DNA of 64,000 nucleotides. Source: Podarcis tiliguerta (Eukaryota). Positions 1-11,695 of this stretch are shown here, piece by piece (position 1 is the first letter of the stretch; the number at the start of each line of letters is the position of its first letter). The position numbers and the translations under genes were made by a program. Under the pieces are notes generated by a model that did not search any database, was not told the DNA's origin, and was given only the letters and a program-made list of their open reading frames with translations. The DNA lies in assembly GCA_965153285.1 (NCBI GenBank), contig OZ229113.1; one strand, 5' to 3'.

Positions 1-1889
1 ATCTCCAAAATAATAAGAGATTTGCACCTTTAATGATGCTCTGTTGCTTCATTAACAGATAGCACTGTGTCTTCTCTGGGGAAGGAATAAATCCTTATAC
101 TTGTGTTGAGAAAAATGAGCAAGAGAGAAAGATCAGCATGAAGGTGTTATGAGGACATGGATATCCTCCTCCTAATCCACAGCGATTAGTGGCATATCTG
201 CATTGATGCTACTTTGCATAAGAATATCCTTTTGCCCTTGACTTTATCAAAGGCTAAACTTAATGGGCCAGGAGCTTTCATTCATTTCAAACTAGGTTAC
301 ATCCAAGATGAATTTGGCTCTCAAATACAAGACTGAGTGGTTGGTAATAACATAAAAAACCTGTAATCAGGAGGACTTAACCATTCTGTCCTAGCAGTCA
401 GCAACCTCCAGCTACTGTAGCGACATTGCATCAAATAACTATGAAATCCTAGGGGGGTGGGGAGAGTCTTGTTTTCATCATAAATACTCTTCTCAAATTA
501 GTATTTAATGGATTTGCACAGAGTTTGGTAGCTGCAGCTTGCAATACTAACTTTTGTAGTGCTTTGGTTAAATTGGTAATCAGCCTAAAAACGTTTTAGG
601 ACTGACGCTTTTTGTGTCTTAGAGGAGTGAATGAAAACTGTATATAGGTGTCTTTTTCCGATGTAATAGGCCTTTCTCTGAGTCTCCTTCCTGTCAGAGA
701 TGATGTGGGTGGTGTTTGCAGAAAGTGCCTTGTCAGTCGTGGTGCCCTGGTCTGGAGCTCATGTCCTATCTAGCACCAGCTGAAGGTTACTTTGATCAGT
801 GGTGAGAACCACTGGTTTGGACAAACCATGCCTATTTTTCCTGGGCCTGACATTATATATGACATCAGGCATAGACAAGTTCAAGCTGTGGCTAAAAGAT
901 GAAGAGTGGAAAGTAAACTTCGAATGCAAACCTTTGCAGCAAAAATTGACACCTTTTGATTTGGCATCAACTTTTGGCTGTAAAGGAAGAATTGGGAGGG
1001 CATTTTGAGTGTACTCCTAATTCTTCCCTTACGTTCTCTACCTTGAATTGAAAGGTTCTTCCTTTGCAGAGGCAGCTTCAGTTTAAGTGGTGCCTGCAAA
1101 AGGGGGGAAAATGATCACTTGACGGCACATTTAGTGTGTGCTCCTTATTCTTTCCTTTGAAATACAAGTACTATCTCCTGGTGTCATCAGGTGATTGGCA
1201 GAATGGCAGCTGGGAGGGCCTGTCCAGTTGTCAAAGTGGAGGTGGGTTAGTTCAACATCTGTCCTGCTGGCTGGATCTAGTTTTCCATCTGTCATTTAGA
1301 TTGACTCACTTAATTCTGACCTTACGATGAAATTCTAGCTGCTTTGCTTCCTTGTGTGGCTTACTTGGTTTTATAATTATTTTAAATCATCCTTTGTATG
1401 GTGCCCTAAACATTCTCAACATCAATCAAATAAATAATAAATAAAAGTTCCACATGTTCCTATCAGAATCCTACACAGGCAAGAGAAGGAGTCAGGGTGA
1501 AAAGGCAAGCAGACTCAGTTTCTGCCTCTCTTGGCTTGGCTCTGTCCCTGCCTTGTCACAGTTCAGCTAGAACTGACCCTTCTAGCTTCAGTCAGATTTA
1601 CTCTACTATAGCCTGTGAAGAGCAGCAGGGAGCCTAAACCTGTGTCAACCCAATCACGGCCATGGTGGATGATCTGCACCTAGAGATGGCTGGGCAAAAC
1701 TATATCCTGCTCTATTATTAGTTCTTGCAAAAGCTTTTGTTGCCAGTGACAATGAGGTGTTTGTTACTATGGGATTAGCTGGTGCTTCAGGACCTATCTC
1801 TGTTGTATATATGCCTGGCAAAGACAAGCCAATACTGCATCTTCATGCCTGAAAAAGCTAAAGGAGATGGATTTCTCCAGGTCGTACAA

Positions 1890-2140
1890 CAGGGGTCAGC
1901 AAACTTTTTCAGCAGGAGGCCGGTCCACTGTCCCTCAGACCTTGTGGGGGGCTGGACTATATTTTTTTGGGATGGAGATGAACGAATTCCTATGCCCCAC
2001 AAATAAGCCAGAGATGCATTTTAAATAAAAGGACACATTCTACTCATGTAAGAACACGCTGATTCCGGACCATCCGCAGGCCAGATTTCTAAGGCAATTG
2101 GGCCGGATCTGGCCTCCAGACCTTAGTTTGCCTACCCATG
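1890..2140. mobile_element. Non-autonomous hAT (Charlie-like) DNA transposon
   Basis: TIRs CAGGGGTCAGCAAACT / AGTTTGCCTACCCATG; 8-bp TSD tcgtacaa / tcatacaa. Confidence 0.85.
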
Positions 2141-4589
2141 TCATACAATGACAAAAGGCACAGAATCTTTGTCCAAAAAGGGGGGGACAAACCCATCATA
2201 GGGAAAATCTTGTTCTAGCCCCACATTATTGCAGTGTGTATATGATGCACATTATTCCCATGTACAGGCAGCTCCCCATTTGTGCAGAGGTTGCATTCTG
2301 GGTCATTGCACATGTCAGTGGTCATGCATAAGTCCATTCTGGCCCCATCCCATTTAGGGGCAAAAAGCAGCACACGCAAAAGCGGTTGTGTGTACATTGG
2401 TTGCATGCAAAGTGATCATTCCCTGTAAACATAATGCCAGTCATTTCAATGTGTACATGATGCAAATTGTCAAAATACTCAAAATTGGGCATGGATTCAA
2501 AGTTTGGTACCATCGATGCATTGATGACAGCCTTTAATGAACACCCTTCTCATCCGAATCAGGCCCTGAAGCCACTCTGCTTACTCAGTGCCTTTTCATG
2601 GTTGGCAGCTAATGGGACAACTAAGGTGGTATGTACACAATACTGAGCCAATGGAAATTGTTGTTTTGTATGAAGGATCAGTGTACTTACTATTGCTGAG
2701 ATGCAGCCCTTTCTGGTCACTTAGGTTCATAGACTTGGTTCAGAGAACTTTCCAAATGGGGTTTTTGTTCTCTAGAAGCCCCAACACTAAAATCAAATCC
2801 CAGAATTTGAAAGTGGCACAGCAGCACTTTGTGGTCAGCAATCCCTCTGTTTACACAAACTTAGCATAACATATATTAGACTTATTTTCCTAAAATCTAG
2901 CAATTTTAGAAAAATAAGCCTGAGATATAGAATTATTGATGGTTTGCAAGAAGGCACTACGCAAAGAGCTCAACTCCATAAGGCCCTTATAAATTACGTG
3001 AACCTAACCATGTCTCTTGACTGAGAGTTTGCCAATTGATGCTAAAGTACAGTCTGTAATGCATTTCACAGTAGGTAAAACTGTGTGGAATACAATGCCA
3101 TTTCTGTCTTAGAGTTTACATAAAGCTCCTATGTTTATATAAACATATAACAAACATACTATTCTGCTCCCATATAAGATTTGGAAAGTCAAACAAAGAA
3201 GCTCTGCTTTGCCTTCATGACACAAAAGATATTGTCCATAACCCCTTTTAGCTTACCAGCTTCTTTCAAACAACTATAACTTCCCAGATGTACTTTGCAT
3301 TTTGAAGGCCTTGTTGACATACTGCTAGGGTAATATGTCATGCATCATGGATCTTGGCTGGGTTCCTAAAGGCGTTTCATCAAGGGAAGATGACACTGAA
3401 CCTCATGGATTCTACTGCCCCTTTCTGCATTTATATATTTAGAAAAAGCTGAGCTGCATATTCAGCTCTTTTGAAAACACATACACTGTAGTCCCTTTGC
3501 CAAAAGAACATACGTATCTGTCAGAATTTAAACCTTTGAAATAGTGCTTTCCTTCTATTTTCTTTCTTGACATGCATTTCCTTGGTTCTTCCATGGCTAT
3601 TTGGGCTAAGCTAGTGGGAATGAGGGCTGTCGAGAGCTGCCATGGCTTTTACTTGGTGATTTAAAGATGAGGGACAGTCACTCATCTTCTTGCATCAGGA
3701 CAAACTTCCGTCTTCCTAAAAACATCATGACTAGAAAAAGTCTCAAATATAGGTTCCAAAGAACTAAGTGAATACCTAGTTTGGTCCTATTTGCTCTCTT
3801 TCTTAGGGGGAGTTGGGGGCAAGTTCCTTTAGGAGGCAACTGGCTCAGCAGTCTTTTGTAAGGGTGGACAAGGAAATAGAATTATTTAATATTATTTTAT
3901 TATTTTATTTCTACTTGATTTCATTTTTTAAAAAAAGTTATTTCATTTTCCATTTGCCTGAACTGCATTCATGTTGCTTTTGTTTTTCATGGGTTATTAG
4001 TTCATTTGTTTTTGTTTTTCATTCATTTTCTCTCCTATTTATTTCAACAGGAGACCCAGCCAGTCTGATGTTGCCTAGAACTTTGGTGTTTTCCATCCAA
4101 ATGTCATGAAATTTGAAGCCATTCCCGCATCAGACCTCCACATTTCAGACAGATGGGACCACATACCTCCATTTTATAAGCCCCAATTTATATCTGACAA
4201 TTTCATTGCACTTTCTCTTCCTCCGTCCCTAAGAACTCCTTGTGAGCTGAACACAAAGCTCTAGCCAAGGTAAAGCCATGCAACTAGAAACAAATGACTT
4301 GAAATTAAGCAAACTGTCATTTTCATTTCATTCATTTTAATTCCCATTTGTTTCCACTATAAAAGCAACTGAAACAAATGGGGCTTCTTTTCATTTTCCA
4401 TTCATTCTTTTTTTTAAATGAATGTAACCTCTAGACCCTTGCAGTGAAATGCACATTCTAATGCAAAATAGTATTGGTTTTGGTTGCCTTGACAATAAGG
4501 GTGTACTCCTTGCTCCTACAGCAGCACATTAGCTGCCTACCTAAACCTGCACCCAAAACATAAAGATGAAATCGCAGTTCCACTATGTG

Positions 4590-4795
4590 TCAAATAAAAA
4601 TTGTGATTAGACTGCAGTAGGCCAAGCACTTGGTCCGTGTTGCAGCCAAGGTCAGGCTCTGGCTGCCATGACTCTCCAAAGGTCCTCTTTATGCCTGGTG
4701 CTGCCACCACCACCCCTTTAACACAGATGTCAGTGTTTGAACTTGGGCCTTTCTGCATGCAAAGGATCTGCCCTGCCCCAAAGCTATGGCCCCTA
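4590..4795 (-). mobile_element. Degenerate tRNA-derived squamate SINE (Squam3-like)
   Basis: The minus strand has the head gggccatagct...ctttgcatgcagaaaggcccaagttcaaac (A/B-box-like) followed by gagagtcatggcagccagagcctgac. Confidence 0.55.
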
Positions 4796-6219
4796 CCATC
4801 GCCAAAGTCACTGTCAAGAAGCAATGCTAGGGATGTCTGAAACACTGTGTCAAGGTCTATAGAATTTAATCCCAGCTCATTTACAGTAACCGTTCCAAGT
4901 CTTTAATTTGAAAAGGATGACTAACAGATTTCCAACGAGTCTTTTTTGTAGGGGCCAGCACTGCAGAAACTTGGTTTTAATTTAAAGGATGCCCCTGTCA
5001 ATGCAAAGTGGCTGTTAATTACTCTCCATATTTTATTCATGGTCCCTTTAGAGACTCTTTATATGAAGGCAATCTAAAGACAACATAAATGAGAACCTTG
5101 CATAGCATTTTTTCATAAGCTGCGGTGTTTTCTCCTGTCATTTCAGCATTGCAAATCTTTTGGATCTCAAGCGTGCATAGGAATGCCTGTAGCGAGAAGA
5201 GGAACCGAGTCAATTATAAATAAATATAGGCAGCTGGGAGCATTTTTCAATAAGCAACAATAATTTTAAGAAATCTCTCCTGCCACAACGTCCCCTTTTA
5301 TTTTATTTTGTCTTTCTGTCTTCTGTTTCCTTGTTTGGAGGTGAGCAGGGTGGTGGTGGTAATATATGAACCTGAATTACATCTTGTAGATGCTAGTTGT
5401 GGGTAACTGGCAATGTTATTTGTTAAGTGTGGGAGAGGTAATATTAGGAATGGGTGGATCAGTTTGGCGCTTGATTTGTATTTTTTATTTGTATTAAAAA
5501 ACTAATAATTTTATGCAAGAGATGTTATATGTGCATGAACACATACCACCCAGAACACAGAAAGACATAATTTTTTAAAACAATAATAATGGTTGAGGTT
5601 ATTTATTCATGAGCTACATCTTTGCCACCAGCAACATACAAAAATTGAAGATCAGGGTAGTTTCTACAACAGTGTGATAGAAATATACCTGCATGGTACA
5701 TAAATGAAGGATTCATCTAGAGCAGTGGGTCTAGAGCAGGTATGGTCATGAGGCCATACCAGGTTGGTTGCAGCAAAGCTATTGCAGCCATGTTGGATTC
5801 CAGCTTAGGCTGACCAGACCACAGGAGCACTACATGCATGTCAGGACTAGGAAACAGTCTTCTGATGAGATGCTTATGTTATCCATTTTCACAAGTGCCG
5901 CAATGTGGCAGGAGAAAGGCGTGAGACATTTTTAATACTGTGCATATTGTTGGCTAACCACAATATGCTTTTCTAGCACTATTAACTATAAATCAGAAGT
6001 GTAAATGTGACTGTAGGTTTCATGTTGCAGCTTGGGAGTCAGAGACCTCACTCCTGTCCGTAACCATGCTGCAGCATTTGGCATTAACCAAATAACTCTA
6101 TTCAAAGCAGATTTCAGAGTTTTCATTTCTTCCATGTCTTTCACCTGCATATTAATTAGCCAGTTGTTAGCTTGAAAAATTCAAGCATACTCTTGTAAAT
6201 TGCCTCATGTAGGATAAGA

Positions 6220-6345
6220 ACTAGCATAGTGTAATGGTTAGAGGTTTGACAGTGGAAAGCTGCTTTGAAATCTTCACATAGCCATGAAATTCACTGGGTG
6301 ACCCTATACCAGTTCCTCACCATCTCGCAACATAACTAATTCCAT
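6220..6345 (+). mobile_element. Old MIR-like/tRNA SINE fragment
   Basis: agcatagtgtaatggttagag...gccatgaaattcactgggtgacc, a typical head and core. Confidence 0.5.
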
Positions 6346-7499
6346 TGTGATGGAAGGGCTGAAGACACCAGGCGTGGCCAGTTTTGGTGTCATTAACCAA
6401 CATGAACAATGGTCAGGAATGATGGGAGCCGTCCATAATAGCTGGGTAGCACTATGTGGGCTATTGCTGATGTCTTCCCTCCCTAGATAAAGGACAATAT
6501 TTATTTGCAGTTTGAGCTTTCTTTGCCTACTCTGAATAGAGGCAGAACTGTGCTGCTAAGAATTTCTTTAGGCAAAACTAAGAGTTTTTTGTAATTCTTA
6601 GGGGAAAGTTTGGAAAGCCAGTTAAATTAAATAAAGATGGTGTTCATAGACTTGGGACAGTTCTTCTACAGAGCGGTGTAGCTGCCCTAAGAACATTTAC
6701 TTATCTGGGCATAAATAAAGGATGATTGTGGGAAATTAGAATGTTTTGGAAACCCACGCATTACTCATGAAGATTAATTACAGAGCCTTCTCCCATTGAA
6801 CTTAGTGCAAAAAGATCCCGTTGGCACTTAGCAAGCAGACTGCGCCCACAGTTGGCTTTGTTTGTCTTGTAATGTCAAATAATCTTTCAGACACTCCATC
6901 GACCTAGTATATTCCAGCCATCATTTATTCATCTCTCTTGGCTAGACTCAACAGAATCTTCCTGTGAGTGTAGTTGGCCAATATTTTGGAAGACAATCTC
7001 CTTGGGGCATGGTGACCTGTGGTATGGAAAGAATGCAAGCTAAAGTGATATATCCATGGTTTTTATTTACTGTCAAGTTGGTGAGTGGCACAGTGATGTT
7101 TGTATTCTTATCACTGCGTGCTAACATATATATATTGTTGTGAAGCTCACTGGCATAACAGACATGGTTTCAGCAGAAAGATGAAAATAATGGCTAGAAG
7201 TCACTTGCCTGAATACACACTTTGACATATGCAGTAAACAATAATCAAGGTAGTACATTTTAGGTAAATGCATTACAATTGGCATGATAGCCTAATTGCA
7301 GAGAAGGACTCACTTTTGTCTGCTATAACAACTAGGGTTGTCTTCTTGCAGTGATAGTGTCTATAATTTACACACACAGATGCTGTCCCTCCCATTATGT
7401 TCTTCAACTGGTCACAAAATTATTCAGGATGGTGCGGGGAGCCAAGCAGACTGTGAAGAGCTTCAAAAAATATATATTTACAAGCCAGCCCAATCTCTT

Positions 7500-7835
7500 A
7501 GTGGTGCAAGATTCCAGGGGTACCAGCCGTATTTACCAGGGTCTGTGTTTCCTTTAAAAATGAGACACAGTGGAGACTGTAGTGTCTTTATGAAAAATGG
7601 TTTATTTATACATATATATAACCTGAGCCTAAGACGGAGGGCTCCAAGAGGGTCCTGTTTCTCCCATTACTGCCTCCTTGGATTCACATTGCTCTGATCC
7701 TCCCTTTTCCAGCTTGCAAACTGCTTGCAAAATGCAATTCTTTTTCCTTCTGCTTACATCATCACCAGCAGCAAAACCAAACTAAAAACTCTGCTTTTGC
7801 CTCTGATATCTGTCTCTCAGCTCAGGATGGCTGGC
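7500..7835 (-). mobile_element. LTR-like remnant, same family as 58384-59020, opposite orientation
   Basis: The reverse complement contains ctcaggttatatatatgtataaataaaccatttttcataaagacactacagtctcc, which matches 58865-58930. Confidence 0.55.
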
Positions 7836-7850
7836 ATATATTTTTTTCTT

Positions 7851-8912
7851 CCATCAAACATTTATTGGCGTCACTTACAAACATTCAGAATAAATAGGCC
7901 AATGTGATCTCGTCACCATTTCAACAGTACAGTCATTTGCCAAAGGGAAGAAAAGGCAAGCAATCTATTTCACCTCTGTAGGTCTCCAGCAAGGGCAGGG
8001 TCCTGTAGCGTACTTTGGCGGCAGAAAATCAAATAGAGGAACTTAGCTACTGTCTTGGTGAGCTCCTGGTCTCTCCCTTGTAATAAGAAGCGTATAACCT
8101 CTGTCTCAGGTTTCCATATTGGGATACATAGGTGGTCTAAGTATTGTTGGCAGAGATCATCATACATTTTACATTTAAGGGCCATGTGAGCTAGAGTTTC
8201 CACCAGGTGGGCATCACATGGGCAGATCCTATCTCCTTGTGCCATACCCGCAAACCTACCCCAAAGGAGGTTAGAAGGATTACAACTGAACCTAGCCAGC
8301 GAAAAAGCCCTTCTTTCCTGCGGGTTAAACAAAAATTGTAAATAATTAAGGTTAAATTCCTGCACCCAAGAGAGTCGAAAATAAAGAGGGGGACATGTTT
8401 TTTCCACAGCTGAGATTAGTTCCTGGCGATCTATGTCCCACAGCCTAGTTTTTAACATGGCCTTGGAGACTGAAAAAGCCACAGTACCCAGGAGATCCTC
8501 TGAAAGCCCAAGTTGCCTTAAGGTAAAGGGTAAAGGGACCCTTGACCATTAGGTCCAGTCGTGGCTCAACTCGCTTTATTGGCTGAGGGAGCTGGCGTAC
8601 AGCTTCCGGGTCATGTGGCCAGCATGACTAAGCCACTTCTGGCGAACCAGAGCAGCGCACGGAAACGCCGTTTACCTTCCTGCCGGAGCGGTACCTATTT
8701 ATCTACTTGCACTTGACGTGCTTTCGAACTGCTAGGTTGGCAGGAGCTGGGACCGAACAACTGGCGCTCACCCCGTCACGGGGATTCAAACTGACGACCT
8801 TCTGATCGGCAAGTCCTAGGCTCTGTGGTTTAACCCACAGCACCACAAGTTGACATATCTTTGTGCAAAACAGTTGTAGCCCTGGGGAAGGAAAGGAGTC
8901 TGACAGAATTTC
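7851..8912 (-). mobile_element. 5'-truncated non-LTR retrotransposon 3' end (RTEX-like ORF2 C-terminus), interrupted by a SINE
   Basis: ORF 7970-8482 contains RRAFSLARF...GRF...RICPCD..VETLAHMALKC..Y, a C-terminal Cys/His motif of LINE ORF2. The reading frame resumes beyond the SINE (ILSDSFPSP..LFCTKI|RQLGLSEDLL). AATAAA lies near the 3' end. Confidence 0.7.
8521..8847 (-). mobile_element. Sauria SINE, near full length
   Basis: (ACCTTT)-type tail (aggtaaagggtaaagg on +), diagnostic core ggtcatgtggccagcatgact...gtacctatttatctacttgcac...gctttcgaactgctaggttggcagg, and a tRNA-like head. Degenerate TSD aagttgcctta / aagttgacata. Confidence 0.92.
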
Positions 8913-11654
8913 GCATATTCTTTTCCTGCTGATGTCTCATTTAATGGTTCACCTACCAGGCCATGACTAGGCTTTGTTCCCCTAATAACCCACAATCAAC
9001 AAGCTATCACCAGGCTGGCCTGGCTTGTATTTTAACATAAACTGCATCCAGGGCTTCAGTGTTTGGCACAATTTCATTACCCAAACCTTCATTAAGTCTA
9101 ACTTTAATTGGAGCCTGGAATTTAGGATATTTTGCATCCCACAAACTCATAACAATATACTCAGTAAATGAGCAAAAAAAATGGCAAATGAGGTTCATGG
9201 GTAACATTTTTCAGGTCAAGGTCCATATTACCTAGGTCAAAATCTATCAGAAGGTTCATTCCAAAAGTGTGTGGACCAGATCCAAAGGTAAGTGGGGGCA
9301 TACATGCACACAACACATGCCCTTAAGACACACGCAATCACACAACACACTTAACACCACGACACACCCTAAACACACACACACACAGTTCACACACCTC
9401 TTGCTCAGCTGCAATTTCAATGTGGAGATGCTATTTAGTGTGACAAAATTAGCAAAGGCCAAGATTCTCATAGACCAGGATAATAGTAACTTGCTGCATG
9501 GCGTGCAATTGAAACGTTTGTTAGAGTTGCTATTGAGTTGTCTGTTTTGCTTTGAGCTGTGGCAGGGAAGGGGAAGTAGGCAGACAAAGCACTTCACCTG
9601 TGTGCAGCTCTTGCCCTGCCTGGAGCTCTTCTTCCTTGGAGTTGTAAAGGGAGACTGGGAAGTATATCTCTTCTGATCTTGACCAAATGTTGACAATGCT
9701 CCTCTGATGATCCCCAAGCTCTCCAGAAATGCTCCCATGAAGATGTTTATAAACTGTTTCAGAGGCTGAAGCTTAGTGAGGATTATTTCCAGATACTATG
9801 TAGTTGGGGGGAGGTTCCCCCCACCAAGGATAACACTTAGGATAACCCCACCAGGGATAATGTCCCCACCGCTACTACCTTTGCTACCACTACACTTCGT
9901 GGAGGATATTTTAAAGCAACCGTGTTGTCACTGCTGCCATAGCAACCAAGAAATGTTGTAAGGGGCTGACGGGCTACTCAAAAAGTCTTTTTGGACCAGT
10001 TCCAGCCCGCTCCACCAATTTCCCACCCCTGACATATACAAGGATTGTCTTATCAGATTAGTTTTGTCATAGAGTCAAAATGTCAACTCTATGTTAGAAA
10101 ACGGCAGATGCCATGCTAAGAATCATTAAGAAAGGGATGTAAAGTATACTTGCAAGTACCACAATGTCCTTATACTATATTCACATGTGCAGCCATATTT
10201 GAGTATAGCTTGAGTAGCTCCATCTGAAAAAGAAAATCACCAACCCGAAAAGGGGTGTAATAATCAGGGAGATGGGGAACCACCTTCTCTTTGAGAAAGT
10301 GTGAAAGGGTCTCTTGAATTTAAGGGGAAAGAAAGGAGATGATAGCTGTGTGCAGAAAGTAGATACAGAGGAACTTTTATAATTTTCTCTTAATACTGGA
10401 TTTTGGAGTCTTCCAGTGTAATCGACTAGCAGTAAATTCAGGGACAGACAGTGGAAATGCTTGTTGGCACAAAATGTAATTAATATGTGAATTTGCAACC
10501 ACAGAATGTTATGGTGGCCACTAGCTTAGAAAGCTTTTTAAAGGATTGGCCTCCTTCATGAAATGCATATCTCTGATGGCTATCATTTATAACTGCTAAA
10601 TGCAATCCCCAGTTTCAGAGACAGCATGGGGAACAATGAGAAGAGGGCTATTCACTTCAAGCCCTGCTGGTGGACTTCCAGGACAGAACAGACCTTTGGT
10701 CTCACCCAGCAGGACTGTTCATAAACTCTTATCTCTTGCCTATCCTTCTCTTTTGCCTACAGGAGACAAAAGTAGAGCCCAGCTGGCCACAGCAGTACAT
10801 AAAGAAGGAAGATGATGAAAATGCATATGAAGATATGGAATGGGTGTTGTAGTAGAAACCCCAAATTAATCTTTCCAAATATGCACAGTCAGTGCAACTC
10901 ATCAGAATGAGGCATGAATCAGAACTTTAAAATGTAAGATATAGAGTAATTGCCAGCATTCACATTTTGTAGAATACAGACAATAATAAATGATCCTGAA
11001 TGTGAACTAGGACCTGATTCAAATTTGCTAAATTCCTCTCCTCATGCCATTGTCAGAATTGTTTACAATCTTGGCCATGATTTCATGTCTAAGCCTTCAA
11101 CTTTCACTTGACCTTGCCTAAAAGCTGTGATACATACATAGTGGTGCCCCTGACTTGGAGTTTTAGATATCGTAGACTTGACCCACCCTATCCTGGACCG
11201 TAATTGTTTTAAGTGCTGTCTGGTGCCTGACCCACAGATTGTTCCCAGTGGCCTGATCCTGTCAAAACCCTTAAAGGAGTTGATACTAGAAAGTCTGTTC
11301 TTACTGTGTTGCGGCCAACTATGTGCCCTTTCATTTCAAAAGTGAACACATAATCACTCTTTAAAGTTTAAACAGCAATTGATTCTAAACTAGGAAAAAT
11401 GCACGGGTCCAAAAATGAAATTTATTATAAATAACTCTGACCCTATGCATTTACAAGAACTGGAAATTAAGTATTCTCTTATTAAGCAAGGATGCATGCT
11501 TGCCTGTATATCTCATTTGTTGTTTGGGTGGTATTTGACTTAACACTGCAACTACACCACTAGTTCAGTTTTCCAAGGGAATGCTGCACTTCAGTATCAC
11601 TCCCTTTATGAAGCAATTTAAATATAAAGTAGCCTGACATCAATTATTGTATGC

Positions 11655-11695
<41 letters not shown>
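11655..11695. repeat. (TTA)n microsatellite
   Basis: Directly visible perfect trinucleotide run. Confidence 0.97.

Noticed and set aside
7970-8482. 170-aa ORF as a host gene
   Set aside because: It is the C-terminal part of a LINE ORF2, has a non-ATG start and is interrupted upstream by a SINE.
8760-8847. tRNA-like A/B box sequence
   Set aside because: It is the head of the Sauria SINE, not a tRNA gene.
9256-9738. Overlapping 160-aa and 135-aa ORFs
   Set aside because: Driven by CA-rich low-complexity sequence (HTHT/CVCV). No recognisable domain or exon structure.
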